Below are positions 1 through 9,225 of a DNA stretch of 64,000 nucleotides, piece by piece. Below the pieces are notes generated by a model. The model made no database searches. It saw nothing but the letters and a program-made list of their open reading frames with translations, and had not been told where the DNA came from. The position numbers and the translations under genes were made by a program. The stretch covers positions 22,771-86,770 of the forward strand of contig CAYFPJ010000001.1 in the NCBI GenBank assembly GCA_964344965.1, read 5' to 3'. The stretch comes from an uncultured Gammaproteobacteria bacterium. Lineage in GTDB: Bacteria; Patescibacteriota; Patescibacteriia; Magasanikbacterales; UBA922. The first letter of the stretch is position 1. Each line of letters starts with the position of its first letter.

Positions 1-324
1 ATTTCTAATTTTAAAGTTAGAGAAGGTACTGCAGTAGGTGTGTCTGTAACTTTACGTGGAGAAAAGATGTATGATTTTTTGCAAAAATTGGTAAGCATCA
101 CATTCCCTCGTGTCCGTGATTTTCGCGGTATCAGCCCACACAGTTTTGATAAGCAAGGAAATTATAGTGTTGGTTTCAAAGAAAACATTGCCTTTCCAGA
201 GATAAATTCAGATGCTGTGGAACGTATTCACGGATTAGAGGTCGTAATTCAGACTACAGCAACCAAGAAGGAAGAAGGTTTTGAATTGCTGAAAGGACTT
301 GGTTTTCCATTTAAGAAAAAATAA
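1..324 (+). CDS. rplE: 50S ribosomal protein L5, C-terminal part (5' end lies outside window)
   Basis: Frame-1 translation from nt 1 ([27 protein letters not shown]...NIAFPEI...) matches the conserved L5 C-terminus. It is followed by S14, S8, L6, L18, S5, L15 and SecY in canonical spc order. Confidence 0.9.
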   Translation: MSNFKVREGTAVGVSVTLRGEKMYDFLQKLVSITFPRVRDFRGISPHSFDKQGNYSVGFKENIAFPEINSDAVERIHGLEVVIQTTATKKEEGFELLKGLGFPFKKK

Positions 325-342
325 TATAATAAAATAATTCCA

Positions 343-425
343 ATCTACAAATAAATCCTAATGCTACTAATATATACTAAGAATGATGTAGCAAGTATTC
401 GCAACATTAGGATTTATTTGTAGAT
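343..425. repeat. 21-bp perfect inverted repeat (atctacaaataaatcctaatg / cattaggatttatttgtagat) forming a long hairpin between rplE and rpsN
   Basis: The arms are exact reverse complements, read directly from the sequence. An inner gctac/gtagc pairing extends the stem. Confidence 0.6.
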
Positions 426-445
426 TCGGATTATCCCATTCGTGT

Positions 446-631
446 ATGGCTACAAAAGCACAAATTGCAAAATCAAATAAAAAAGTCAAATTTAGTACCA
501 GAAAAGTTCAAAGATGTTGGAAATGTGGCAGAAAGCGTGGATTTATGCGTAAATTTGGTTTGTGCAGAATTTGTTTTCGAGAATTGGCAAATGATGGTAA
601 GCTGCCTGGTGTCCGAAAATCAAGTTGGTAA
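446..631 (+). CDS. rpsN: 30S ribosomal protein S14, zinc-binding type Z
   Basis: 61 aa with CWKCGRKRG...CRICFRE (CxxC...CxxC) and ending in W, typical of short S14 type Z. Position between L5 and S8. Confidence 0.9.
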   Translation: MATKAQIAKSNKKVKFSTRKVQRCWKCGRKRGFMRKFGLCRICFRELANDGKLPGVRKSSW

Positions 632-690
632 TTAAATTAGTATCAAGATTATAAATAAGAAATAAAAAATTTTATAAACACGTCAATTTT

Positions 691-1080
691 ATGATGACCG
701 ATCCAATTGCAGATTTGTTAACACGTATCAGAAACGCCTACAAAGCAAAAAAGGCTACTCTTGAAGCACCTCTTTCCAAAACAAAGAAGGCTTTGTCTGA
801 TATTCTTCTATCTGAAGGTTATCTTGAGGCGGTCGAAGTTACAGATACTAAGCCAGCAAAACTTATTTTGAAATTAAAATACCATGGCAAACAGCCTGCA
901 ATACAGTCAATCAAAAGAAACAGTAAGCCAGGACACAGAATCTACAAGAAAGCAGACGAATTACCAAAAGTCTTGAATAATTATGGTATCGCAATTATTT
1001 CTACCTCCAAAGGATTGATGACTAATAAACAGGCCAAGAAAGAGGGGATTGGAGGAGAAGTGCTTTGTAGTGTGTATTAA
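691..1080 (+). CDS. rpsH: 30S ribosomal protein S8
   Basis: N-terminus MTDPIADLLTRIRNA is the S8 signature. 129 aa. Operon position. Confidence 0.93.
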   Translation: MMTDPIADLLTRIRNAYKAKKATLEAPLSKTKKALSDILLSEGYLEAVEVTDTKPAKLILKLKYHGKQPAIQSIKRNSKPGHRIYKKADELPKVLNNYGIAIISTSKGLMTNKQAKKEGIGGEVLCSVY

Positions 1081-1210
1081 AACACAGATGACACAGATTA
1101 TGAATGGATTACGCGGATAGTTTTATGAAGATTGTTGCTATCCAAATTGGCCACATATAATCTGTGAAATCTATATATAATCTATGTAATCTGTGTTAAG
1201 ATAAAAAAAT

Positions 1211-1756
1211 ATGTCACGTGTTGGAAAACAGACAATTGAATTACCAAGTGGAGTAAGTGTGGAATTGAAGGAAGGTAATATAGTGGTGAAAGGGCCAAAA
1301 GGTCAACTTGAGCGCACTGCAAATCCTCTGGTTCAAATTAACATTGCCGATGGTCAGTTGACTGTGAGCGTAAAGAATGAGGGAAACAAAAAAGAAAGAT
1401 CTCTGTGGGGTACATATGCTGCACACATGAAGAATATGGTTGTGGGCGTGACAGAAGGTTTCAAAAAACAATTGGAAATCAACGGTGTGGGTTATCGTGT
1501 TGGTATGCAAGGTTCAGATCTAAAGATTGAAGTTGGATTTTCTCATCCTGTAATTTTTAAGATTCCAGAAGGTATAAAGGCTGCCGCAGAAAAAAATATT
1601 ATCACCATTGAAGGAATTGACAAAGAATTGGTAGGTCAAGTTGCGTCAGAAATAAGAGCAATCAGAAAACCAGAACCGTATAAGGGTAAGGGTATCAAAT
1701 ATGTAGATGAACAGATTCGCAGAAAAGCTGGTAAGACAGCCAAGAGTGCTGAATAA
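1211..1756 (+). CDS. rplF: 50S ribosomal protein L6
   Basis: MSRVGKQTIELPSGVSVELKEGNIVVKGPKG is a typical L6 N-terminus. 181 aa. Confidence 0.93.
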   Translation: MSRVGKQTIELPSGVSVELKEGNIVVKGPKGQLERTANPLVQINIADGQLTVSVKNEGNKKERSLWGTYAAHMKNMVVGVTEGFKKQLEINGVGYRVGMQGSDLKIEVGFSHPVIFKIPEGIKAAAEKNIITIEGIDKELVGQVASEIRAIRKPEPYKGKGIKYVDEQIRRKAGKTAKSAE

Positions 1757-1776
1757 AAAATTACTTTAGTTATAAT

Positions 1777-2151
1777 ATGAATACAAAAAATCAATCTAGA
1801 GAATCAAAGAGAAATAGACGTAGAATTAGGGTACGCTCTACTATTTTTGGCACAAAAGAAAGGCCACGTCTGAATGTTTCAAGAGGTCTTCGTCATACCT
1901 ATGTCCAACTTATTGATGATCAGAGTGGTAAGACACTGGTTGGTTTGCACAGTAAAAATAGTGAAGTAAAGGGTGATGCCGGTGAAAGAACTGGAAAGCA
2001 AGCCGCTGCCTACTTGCTCGGTAAGATTTTGGCTGAAAAAGCAAAAGCAATGAAGATCTCAAGTGTTGTCTTCGACAGAGCTGGTTATAAATATCACGGG
2101 AGAGTGAAAGCTGTAGCAGAAGGAGCTCGTGACAATGGTCTAGTATTCTAA
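1777..2151 (+). CDS. rplR: 50S ribosomal protein L18
   Basis: Basic N-terminus, RLNVSRGLRHTYVQLIDD and a C-terminal GYKYHGRVKAVAEGARDNGL match L18. Operon position. Confidence 0.9.
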   Translation: MNTKNQSRESKRNRRRIRVRSTIFGTKERPRLNVSRGLRHTYVQLIDDQSGKTLVGLHSKNSEVKGDAGERTGKQAAAYLLGKILAEKAKAMKISSVVFDRAGYKYHGRVKAVAEGARDNGLVF

Positions 2152-2204
2152 AATTGTACACCGTTGATTAAAAAAACATTTTATAATAAAATTACCTAGT
2201 CTAT

Positions 2205-2765
2205 ATGGAAGGAAAGAGAAAAAGAAAAATGAGAAAACCAAAAGAAAAGCCTGAGTTTGACCAGCAGATTGTTGACTTGGCCCGTGTTACTCGTGTGACC
2301 AAAGGTGGTAAGCAGCTCAGTTTTCGAGTTTGTGTTTTGATTGGAGATAGAAAAGGTAGAGTAGGATATGGTATTTCAAAAGGAAAAGATGTTCAGATCG
2401 CTGTCGAAAAGGCTGTATCACAAGCCAAGAAAAGACTCATCAAAGTACCAATTACCAAAGGTACCATCCCTCACATGGCAGAAGCAAAATATAAGGCCGC
2501 CAAAGTAATTTTGAAACCTGCTCCTCAAGGTTCTGGTGTTATTGCTGGCTCTGTGATTCGTACTGTTCTTGAGATGGCTGGTGTACCAAATGCTTCTTCT
2601 AAGATGCTTGGTAGAACTAATAATAAAATCAACAACGTTAAGGCAACATTCGCTGCTATTGAATTTTTGAAGACTTTTAAAGGAAGAAAAAAACCTTCTT
2701 CAAAAAAACAAGATGACAAGAATGATTCAGAGGGTGAGAGTAAGGAAAAAAAGGAAAAGAAATAG
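2205..2765 (+). CDS. rpsE: 30S ribosomal protein S5 with Lys-rich C-terminal tail
   Basis: RVTRVTKGGKQLSFRVCVLIGDRKGRVGYGISKGKDVQIAVEKA is the S5 dsRBD/S5 core. The C-terminal KK-rich extension is low complexity. Confidence 0.9.
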   Translation: MEGKRKRKMRKPKEKPEFDQQIVDLARVTRVTKGGKQLSFRVCVLIGDRKGRVGYGISKGKDVQIAVEKAVSQAKKRLIKVPITKGTIPHMAEAKYKAAKVILKPAPQGSGVIAGSVIRTVLEMAGVPNASSKMLGRTNNKINNVKATFAAIEFLKTFKGRKKPSSKKQDDKNDSEGESKEKKEKK

Positions 2766-2782
2766 TTTAAAATAATTTTAGT

Positions 2783-3226
2783 ATGACTCTAACAGCACAT
2801 ACAATTTCAGCCAAGACTGGATCAAAGAAGACTAAAAAACGTGTTGGACGTGGTAATTCTTCTGGTAAAGGCACTTATTCTTCTCGTGGTCTCAAAGGTC
2901 AGCGTTCTAGATCTGGTGGTAAGAGTGGGGGTAAGTTGAGAGGTTTCAAACAAGCCTTACAAAAAGTACCAAAAGTACGAGGATTTAAGAGTGGTAGGCC
3001 GAAAGCGCAGTCAGTTGCTCTTGCAACATTGGAACGTGTAGCTGTGGAAGGGAAAGAAATTACCCCTCGATTTTTGAAAAATGTCAAAGTAGTTAAGGAT
3101 TTTAGAAAACCTGTAAAGATAGTAGCTACTGGTGTGATCAAAAAGAAAGTGGTCATCAGTGGTTGCTTGGCTACCAAAAATGCTATAGAAATGATTGAGA
3201 AGGCTGGCGGTAGTGTGAAATTTTAG
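2783..3226 (+). CDS. rplO: 50S ribosomal protein L15
   Basis: KKRVGRGNSSGKGTYSSRGLKGQRSRSGG Gly/Arg-rich N-terminus typical of L15. Located before secY. Confidence 0.9.
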   Translation: MTLTAHTISAKTGSKKTKKRVGRGNSSGKGTYSSRGLKGQRSRSGGKSGGKLRGFKQALQKVPKVRGFKSGRPKAQSVALATLERVAVEGKEITPRFLKNVKVVKDFRKPVKIVATGVIKKKVVISGCLATKNAIEMIEKAGGSVKF

Positions 3227-3319
3227 TAATTACTGATGCGTTAATAATCAGTTTGCTTCGTTCAGTTTTATACTAATTGTCCTTTTGATTTTTGGAAAAC
3301 GAAAATTATATCGTGTAAT

Positions 3320-4585
3320 ATGTGGCAGAAATTTCAGAGAATTTGGAAAATTAAAGATCTTCGCAACAGCATCCTTTTTGTATTAGGGATGCTTGTTATA
3401 TTTCGTGCTGCTGCTCATATTCCGGTGCCTGGTGTGAATCCCGAAGGGTTGAAGCAGTTGTTTGCTGGCAACCAAGTTCTTGGTCTCTTGAATGTATTTT
3501 CTGGTGGTACTATTGAGAATTTTTCTATTGTGATGCTTGGTGTTGCTCCTTATATTACTTCATCTATTATTTTCCAACTTCTGGTGATGGTCATTCCTCG
3601 TTTGGAGGAATTACAAAAAGAAGGTGACTCTGGCCAACAAAAAATCAACATGTACACACGCATCGTGTCTGTACCTCTTGCTATATTGCAAGCTTTTGGA
3701 TTGATCAAGCTTCTTAGCTCTAGTCAGGCCAATATTTTGGGAGATGTGAATACTTTCAAATGGGTCGCCATTCTTACTACAGTAACAGCAGGTACAGTCT
3801 TCCTCATGTGGATTGGTGAGCTTATTACAGACAAGAGAATTGGTAATGGTATCTCTCTCCTAATTTTTGCAGGTATCATCGCAGCCCTGCCGACAGCTGT
3901 CCAGAATGCTATTGTAAACTATACTCCATCTGACCTTACTACTTATATCTTGTTCTTGGTGATTGCTATTGTGACCATTGTTGGTGTAGTGATAATTACA
4001 GAAGGGCAGAGAAATATTCCAATCAGCTATGCACGTCAGGTGCGAGGTAGAGGTGCTGGGTCTAATTCTAGTTTACCGCTTCGAGTGAATATGGCTGGTG
4101 TGATTCCGATCATCTTTGCTATTTCAGTTGTCCTATTTCCACCAATGATTGCGCAGCTTTTTGTAAACAGTGGAGGATTTTTGGGCAGATTTTCCACCAT
4201 GACGATCAACTTGTTTAACAATCAAATATTTTACGGAGCAGTTTATTTCCTACTTGTATTCGGATTTACATATTTTTATACAGCAGTGATCTTTCGTCCA
4301 GAAAAGATGGCCGAGAATCTTCAGCGCCAAGGAGCTTTCATCCCAGGCATTCGTCCTGGTAAGCAAACTGAAGAGTATCTGGCTAGGACCATGAACAGAT
4401 TGCTATTTAGCGGAGCTACTTTCTTGGCTGCGATTGCTGTCTTGCCACTTCTCATGCAAACGGTGACCAACTCCCAGTCTATGGTAGTCGGTGGTACTAG
4501 TCTTCTTATTGTTGTCAGCGTAGCGATTGATATTGCCAAGCAGATCGATGCTCAGCTTACTATGCATGCGTATGATCGGGTGTAG
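3320..4585 (+). CDS. secY: preprotein translocase subunit SecY
   Basis: 421 aa with 10 predicted TM segments and conserved SecY N-terminal motifs (FRAAAHIPVPGV, GTIENFSIVMLGVAPYITSSII). Ends with TAG. Confidence 0.93.
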   Translation: MWQKFQRIWKIKDLRNSILFVLGMLVIFRAAAHIPVPGVNPEGLKQLFAGNQVLGLLNVFSGGTIENFSIVMLGVAPYITSSIIFQLLVMVIPRLEELQKEGDSGQQKINMYTRIVSVPLAILQAFGLIKLLSSSQANILGDVNTFKWVAILTTVTAGTVFLMWIGELITDKRIGNGISLLIFAGIIAALPTAVQNAIVNYTPSDLTTYILFLVIAIVTIVGVVIITEGQRNIPISYARQVRGRGAGSNSSLPLRVNMAGVIPIIFAISVVLFPPMIAQLFVNSGGFLGRFSTMTINLFNNQIFYGAVYFLLVFGFTYFYTAVIFRPEKMAENLQRQGAFIPGIRPGKQTEEYLARTMNRLLFSGATFLAAIAVLPLLMQTVTNSQSMVVGGTSLLIVVSVAIDIAKQIDAQLTMHAYDRV

Positions 4586-4660
4586 TTTGAAAATTAACAA
4601 TTAACAATTAACAAAACCCGCGGAAGTGGGATTTTTGTTCAGTTGGCAACTTATAGGCAA

Positions 4661-4689
4661 TTGTAAAACTGGTGGTTTGATGATATAGT
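4661..4689 (+). promoter_or_regulatory. candidate sigma70-like promoter (TTGTAA, 17-bp spacer, TATAGT) upstream of the small ORF at 4721
   Basis: Hexamers and spacing read directly from the sequence. No experimental support. Confidence 0.25.
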
Positions 4690-4720
4690 GTTAAGGTTAA
4701 AGAGGTAAAATTGCTAATTT

Positions 4721-5035
4721 ATGGGCTTTTTTGCATATCTTTTTGGGACAGGTGCTCCAAAGAATAAAATATCCAATGTCGAACATCCTCTTGGTAAAGA
4801 TGAGATTTTTCTTCTTGTCTCGACTGCCAAAATTAAGACTCTTGATCGCAAAGAAAGAGACCTAATTCGTGAATTAATTTTGAAGCGTCGTCTGGGAGAC
4901 GGGAAGATTTCTGCCAGGCAGATTGATGAAGTACTTGCTCAAGCAGAACATGAAAACTTGATTAGTAAGTATGATAGGCAAAATGTGGTGAGAGTAATTG
5001 GTGAACATTTCAATAAAAAATTTGGAAATGCCTGA
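4721..5035 (+). CDS. hypothetical protein (104 aa) inserted between secY and adk
   Basis: Complete ORF with no recognisable motif. It occupies a slot that is normally empty in spc operons. Confidence 0.45.
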   Translation: MGFFAYLFGTGAPKNKISNVEHPLGKDEIFLLVSTAKIKTLDRKERDLIRELILKRRLGDGKISARQIDEVLAQAEHENLISKYDRQNVVRVIGEHFNKKFGNA

Positions 5036-5045
5036 AATACTGAAA

Positions 5046-5106
5046 AAGCTTAAAAGGCTACTATTTTTCAAGCCTTTTAAGCTTTTCAAGCCTTTTAAGT
5101 TTTTTT
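5046..5106 (+). terminator. hairpin with alternative pairings plus T-run (attenuator/terminator-like) immediately before adk
   Basis: aagcttaaaaggct (5046-5059) is the exact reverse complement of agccttttaagctt (5071-5084). A third copy, caagccttttaag (5088-5100), could pair alternatively and is followed by a T-run. Confidence 0.35.
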
Positions 5107-5108
5107 GT

Positions 5109-5768
5109 ATGAAAAAAATAATTATATTAATGGGGGTCCCTGGTAGTGGTAAAGGAACTCAAGCCAAAAAATTAGTCGAACGACATGGCTATGGTCATAT
5201 CTCTACTGGAGATCTGCTTCGTGCTCTTGCAGTAGATGAAAATGCTGATCCAGAAGACAAGCAAATGCTAGTTGACATGAAGGCTGGTAAGCTTGTTGCC
5301 GACAAATTGATTTACAAACTTGCTTTTGCAGAAATAGAAAAATATCTGTCAAAAGACACTGGAGTGGTGTTGGATGGAGCGATTCGAAATGTTGAGCAGG
5401 CAAAAAAGTATCAAGAATTTTTTGTTGAAAATAACTTGGCAGAAGAGGTGGTAGTAGTTGAAGTTTCCCTCAGTGATGAGACTAGCTTTCTACGCCTATC
5501 AAGACGCAAAGTTTGTTCTGGTTGTGGGGATATCATCCCGTACTCCAAAGAAAATGAATCAAAAAAAGAATGTGAAAAGTGCGGTGGGGAGCTGGTAGTA
5601 AGAGAAGACGACAACGAAGAGGTGATCAGAAAAAGAATCGAGGAACAAGGTAATGAAAAGCTACAACCAATTTTGGATTTTTATCGTGATCTCGGAATAT
5701 TACAATCTGTAGATGGTGAGATGAGTATTAATGAGGTAGATGGGGAGATTATCAAAATACTAGAGTAG
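5109..5768 (+). CDS. adk: adenylate kinase with zinc-binding lid
   Basis: P-loop GVPGSGKGTQ and a CSGCGD...CEKCGGEL Cys4 lid. The start is chosen at MKKIIILMG; the track ORF extends upstream in-frame across the hairpin. Confidence 0.9.
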   Translation: MKKIIILMGVPGSGKGTQAKKLVERHGYGHISTGDLLRALAVDENADPEDKQMLVDMKAGKLVADKLIYKLAFAEIEKYLSKDTGVVLDGAIRNVEQAKKYQEFFVENNLAEEVVVVEVSLSDETSFLRLSRRKVCSGCGDIIPYSKENESKKECEKCGGELVVREDDNEEVIRKRIEEQGNEKLQPILDFYRDLGILQSVDGEMSINEVDGEIIKILE

Positions 5769-5776
5769 AACGAAAG

Positions 5777-5846
5777 GATTCCTGCCGAAAGGCAGGTCAG
5801 TCCGGACAGCGTTCGTAGACCGCCTTTCGGTGGCAATCCTAAGTTT
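5777..5846. repeat. about 68-bp structured element, copy 1: outer stem aggatt/aatcct enclosing two GNRA-loop hairpins (cctgcc-gaaa-ggcagg and ccgcc-tttc-ggtgg)
   Basis: Seen directly. The reverse-complement copy is at 12187-12256. Confidence 0.7.
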
Positions 5847-5872
5847 AGCACAACACTTGTTTTAAAATTAAA

Positions 5873-5892
5873 CCTGCCTGCCGGCAGGCAGG
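5873..5892. repeat. 20-bp perfect GC palindrome CCTGCCTGCCGGCAGGCAGG (copy 1 of 7)
   Basis: Perfect palindrome in an AT-rich adk-map intergenic region. Related copies are at 8087, 30188, 31548 (split), 36298 and 52490. Confidence 0.8.
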
Positions 5893-5917
5893 AATTTCAA
5901 ATTAAAAATTACCAATT

Positions 5918-6733
5918 ATGTCTTATAAAAAAACTGCCGAGGAGGTAAAATTAATTATCGAAGGTGGAAAATTGATGGGAGGAATATTAGAAAAAATATC
6001 CAAGCTTGCTGTAGTTGGTGCCGTGCCAGCTGATATTGATCGTGAGGCAGAGAGATTGATTCGTGAAGCTGGCGGTATTCCTGCATTCAAGGGCTATGGT
6101 GGGGGAAATGGTGTACCAGCATTTCCATCTACTATTTGTTCCTCTATCAATGATGGGTTGGTTCATGGTGTCCCACGTGAAGATATTACACTTCAGGATG
6201 GAGATATCTACAGTATTGATATTGGGATGCAATATCCTGCCAATAGCGGTCTTGGTAAGAATGGTAATGGATTCTTCACAGATACAGCTCTGACTATTCC
6301 AATTGGCGAAATTCCTGAAAAAACCAAGCAATTACTCAGTGTTACCAAAAGGGCACTGGAAATCGGAATTGAGCAGTGTCAAGTTGGCAATACTATAGCT
6401 GATATTGGAAAAGCGATTCAGGATTACATCGATCCTCAAGGTTATGGAATTGTCCGTGATCTAGTCGGGCATGGTGTGGGTCATGAAGTGCACGAAGAGC
6501 CGCGAGTGCCAAATTATCATGATGATAAATTAAAAACTTGGGTTCTGGAGCCGGGGGTAGTGATTGCAGTAGAGCCGATGATCACTATTGGGGATTATCA
6601 AGTTGAGACAGACGAAGAAGATGGTTGGACGATTCGTACCAAGGATCGTAGTCTCAATGCTCATTTTGAGCATACTATTGCTATTACAGAGGATGGACCG
6701 GTGGTGGTTACTAGAAGACCTAGTGAGGTTTAG
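5918..6733 (+). CDS. map: methionine aminopeptidase, type I
   Basis: Metal-ligand motifs DGDIYSIDIG and HGVGHEVHEEP, with a C-terminal E ligand region. 271 aa. Confidence 0.92.
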   Translation: MSYKKTAEEVKLIIEGGKLMGGILEKISKLAVVGAVPADIDREAERLIREAGGIPAFKGYGGGNGVPAFPSTICSSINDGLVHGVPREDITLQDGDIYSIDIGMQYPANSGLGKNGNGFFTDTALTIPIGEIPEKTKQLLSVTKRALEIGIEQCQVGNTIADIGKAIQDYIDPQGYGIVRDLVGHGVGHEVHEEPRVPNYHDDKLKTWVLEPGVVIAVEPMITIGDYQVETDEEDGWTIRTKDRSLNAHFEHTIAITEDGPVVVTRRPSEV

Positions 6734-6736
6734 ATT

Positions 6737-7675
6737 ATGCACAAGATAATATCTATATTTAGTCCGAAAGATGACGCCAAGAAGTTATTGGGAAATATAA
6801 ATTTGTCTGATGTTGATGATATTTATTTTTGCGACAATGCTGCAGATGCAAAAATTCATACCAAAGACGCTACAATCCTTTTTGGCAGACCTCCAGAATT
6901 GATCAAGATTGTGGATGATACACCAAACCTGCAGTGGATTCATTCTAGCTTTACTGGAGTAGATGCCCTTTTCAATTCTCCTAGACGTGACTATCTGCTT
7001 TCCAACACAAGAGGTATATATGGTCAACATATTACTGAATATGTGATTGGACATCTTATTTTGATAGAGAGAAATTTTTTGAAATATACCGAACAAAAAA
7101 AGCAGGCAATATGGAAGCATCATCAGTATTCCGGACTAGCTAACAAAACCATTGGCATCATGGGTTATGGCTCTATCGGCTCTCATCTTTCAAAAGTGTC
7201 AGCTACTTTTGGAATGAATGTCTGGGTATACAGACACAATAGAGAAAAGCCGTCAGAAGCTCAGGCTGTTTTTGTTGGAGATCAACTTAAAGATTTTTTA
7301 AAGGGATGTGATTATGTCGTCAATGTTCTTCCTGCCACAGAAGAGACTTCATCTCTAATAAATTCAGATGCTTTTGATCACATGAAAGATCAATCTATTT
7401 TTATAAATGTTGGCAGGGCAAGTGTTGTAGATTCAGAAGCTTTGGTTGCGGCCCTAAGAGACGGTAGAATAAGATCTGCAGTCCTTGATGTTTTTCCAGA
7501 AGAGCCTCTTCCAGATTCTAGCCCTTTGTGGGAAATGGATAATGTTTTTGTAACTCCACATAATGCGGCCAGAGGGTCCTCTTCTGACATTTTGGGTCAA
7601 TTTGTAGAGAATTACAACAGATTTATAAAAGGTCAAGAATTAAAAAATATTGTAAATTTTGAGAGAGGATACTGA
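6737..7675 (+). CDS. D-isomer-specific 2-hydroxyacid dehydrogenase family protein (NAD-binding)
   Basis: Rossmann GIMGYGSIGSHL, catalytic R/E/H region (VGRASVVD...VTPHNA). 312 aa. Confidence 0.8.
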   Translation: MHKIISIFSPKDDAKKLLGNINLSDVDDIYFCDNAADAKIHTKDATILFGRPPELIKIVDDTPNLQWIHSSFTGVDALFNSPRRDYLLSNTRGIYGQHITEYVIGHLILIERNFLKYTEQKKQAIWKHHQYSGLANKTIGIMGYGSIGSHLSKVSATFGMNVWVYRHNREKPSEAQAVFVGDQLKDFLKGCDYVVNVLPATEETSSLINSDAFDHMKDQSIFINVGRASVVDSEALVAALRDGRIRSAVLDVFPEEPLPDSSPLWEMDNVFVTPHNAARGSSSDILGQFVENYNRFIKGQELKNIVNFERGY

Positions 7676-7678
7676 TTT

Positions 7679-8053
7679 ATGAACATACTAGGTATTGACT
7701 ATGGTAAAAAGAGAATTGGACTTGCTTGGGTGCAGTCTGGTCTTGATGTGGTGTTGCCCTACGGAACAATTAACAATGAACAATTAACAATTAACAAACT
7801 TATTGAATTTGTTAGAGATGAAAAGATAGATAGAGTTGTCGTGGGTTTACCACTTGGTTTGGATGGGGGAGAAAATGAAAATACCAAAAAAGTTCGTGGT
7901 TTTGTAGAAGAATTTAAAAAAGAAATAAGTATACCTGTTGAATTTGTAGACGAACGTTTTTCTTCTCGTCAGGCTGATGTCATGGGTGGCGAGGTAAGCC
8001 GAGATGAGAAAGCAGCTATGGTTATTCTTCAGTCGTATTTGGATAAGGTTTGA
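7679..8053 (+). CDS. ruvX: Holliday-junction resolvase-like protein RuvX/YqgF
   Basis: MNILGIDYGKKRIGLAWV N-terminus with the RNase-H-like YqgF fold signature. Contains an in-frame caattaacaa-type tandem repeat at 7764-7798. Confidence 0.85.
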   Translation: MNILGIDYGKKRIGLAWVQSGLDVVLPYGTINNEQLTINKLIEFVRDEKIDRVVVGLPLGLDGGENENTKKVRGFVEEFKKEISIPVEFVDERFSSRQADVMGGEVSRDEKAAMVILQSYLDKV

Positions 8054-8086
8054 ATTTCAAATCACAGTTCCCCTCCTTAGAAAGCC

Positions 8087-8105
8087 ATGCCTGCCGGCAG
8101 GCAGG
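8087..8105. repeat. GC palindrome family member (gcctgccggcaggcagg)
   Basis: Seen directly. It is adjacent to an imperfect long hairpin (8104-8185) with an ACGAATATTCGT apex, and to a ccccctttccaaggggg hairpin. Confidence 0.7.
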
Positions 8106-8220
8106 GAGGGGTTAGAGGTGGTTGATTCATAGTACGAATATTCGTGGTGCTATCATCAACCCCCTCTAACTCCCCCTTTCCAAGGGGGAGGATTTACTTG
8201 GTAGATATGCCCTAATTTAT

Positions 8221-8982
8221 ATGAGAGCAATAGTACTAGCCAGACGTGACTTTCGTGAGTCCAATCAGGTGATCACAGTCTATACTCCTGACAAAGGGAA
8301 ACTCGAATTGATCGCACGTGGTCTAAAAAAAATTACAGCAAAAAACTCGGCTCATCTTGAGCCTTTTTCTTTCGTGGATATTGATACAGTGCCTGGCAAG
8401 GAATATGACTATCTGACCCGCGTCCATCCATTAGAGTATTTTACAGATATTCGTAAAGATTTGGACAAGAGTCTCGTGGCTCAGTACCTTCTCAATTTGG
8501 TCTATCGATTACTAAACATCGGTGAATCAGACAAGAGGGTTTTTGATCTTCTATACTCATGGTTTCGTTTTGTAGACAGCATAGATATTTTCAAAATTAT
8601 CCTCTTGGATTCTTTTGTTATGAAATTTTTCGCCTTGCTTGGTTTTCAGCCGGCACTAGAAGCTTGTGTGATTTGTGATCGTACTTACAGAAGTATGATG
8701 AAGGCTGATATCAAAGGTAAGCACAAACCTGGATTTTATTTTGCTGGGGGCGGATTAGTTTGCGAGGATTGTAAGCTTGAGAAAAGGAAAATAGGGGAGC
8801 AGATCGTGGATTGTGGAATTCGAGAGGTGAGTGACATGCAGATGATCTTGCGCGGAGATTGGCGAGAAGTGGCAAGTTTTGAGATTGATGAAGTAGAATA
8901 TAATAAGCTACACAAGTTAGTCTACGAGTTTGTGATTTATCATAGTGAGAAGAAGGTTGGGGATTGGGGTGAGGTGTTGTAG
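8221..8982 (+). CDS. recO: DNA repair protein RecO
   Basis: N-terminal OB region (AIVLARRDFRESNQVITVYT) and a C-terminal CxxC...CxxC zinc motif (CVICD...CEDC). 253 aa. Confidence 0.85.
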   Translation: MRAIVLARRDFRESNQVITVYTPDKGKLELIARGLKKITAKNSAHLEPFSFVDIDTVPGKEYDYLTRVHPLEYFTDIRKDLDKSLVAQYLLNLVYRLLNIGESDKRVFDLLYSWFRFVDSIDIFKIILLDSFVMKFFALLGFQPALEACVICDRTYRSMMKADIKGKHKPGFYFAGGGLVCEDCKLEKRKIGEQIVDCGIREVSDMQMILRGDWREVASFEIDEVEYNKLHKLVYEFVIYHSEKKVGDWGEVL

Positions 8983-9225
8983 ATGTTGGATCACTTCGTT
9001 TGTTGTAAATGTTTTATTGTTGTATTACTTTGTGGTATTTAATGCCTTTCATTATGTAAATTTGTCCAAGTTGGCACGAACCCCTCCTAACCTCCCCTAC
9101 GAGAGGAGGAATAATTCTGTATTAAAAAACACCTCGATGACCATCGGGGTGTTTTGATAGATTGGGAATGGGCGAGCAGCTGCAGCATGCAGATTGACCT
9201 CTGCTGCCCTCCCCCCTCCGCGTCG

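Noticed and set aside
1241-4600. Numerous 60-110-aa antisense ORFs inside ribosomal protein genes, secY and others throughout the window (for example 1241-1510, 1910-2161, 2525-2719, 2899-3177, 4036-4221, 4321-4539)
   Set aside because: They lie entirely within, and antisense to, strongly conserved genes. They have no independent support.
4998-5108. Upstream in-frame extensions of adk (4998), recG (37018) and the phosphoglucomutase-family gene (52472)
   Set aside because: Each extension overlaps a hairpin, MITE-like element or the preceding gene. Each lacks the conserved N-terminal motifs, which begin at the internal Met chosen.
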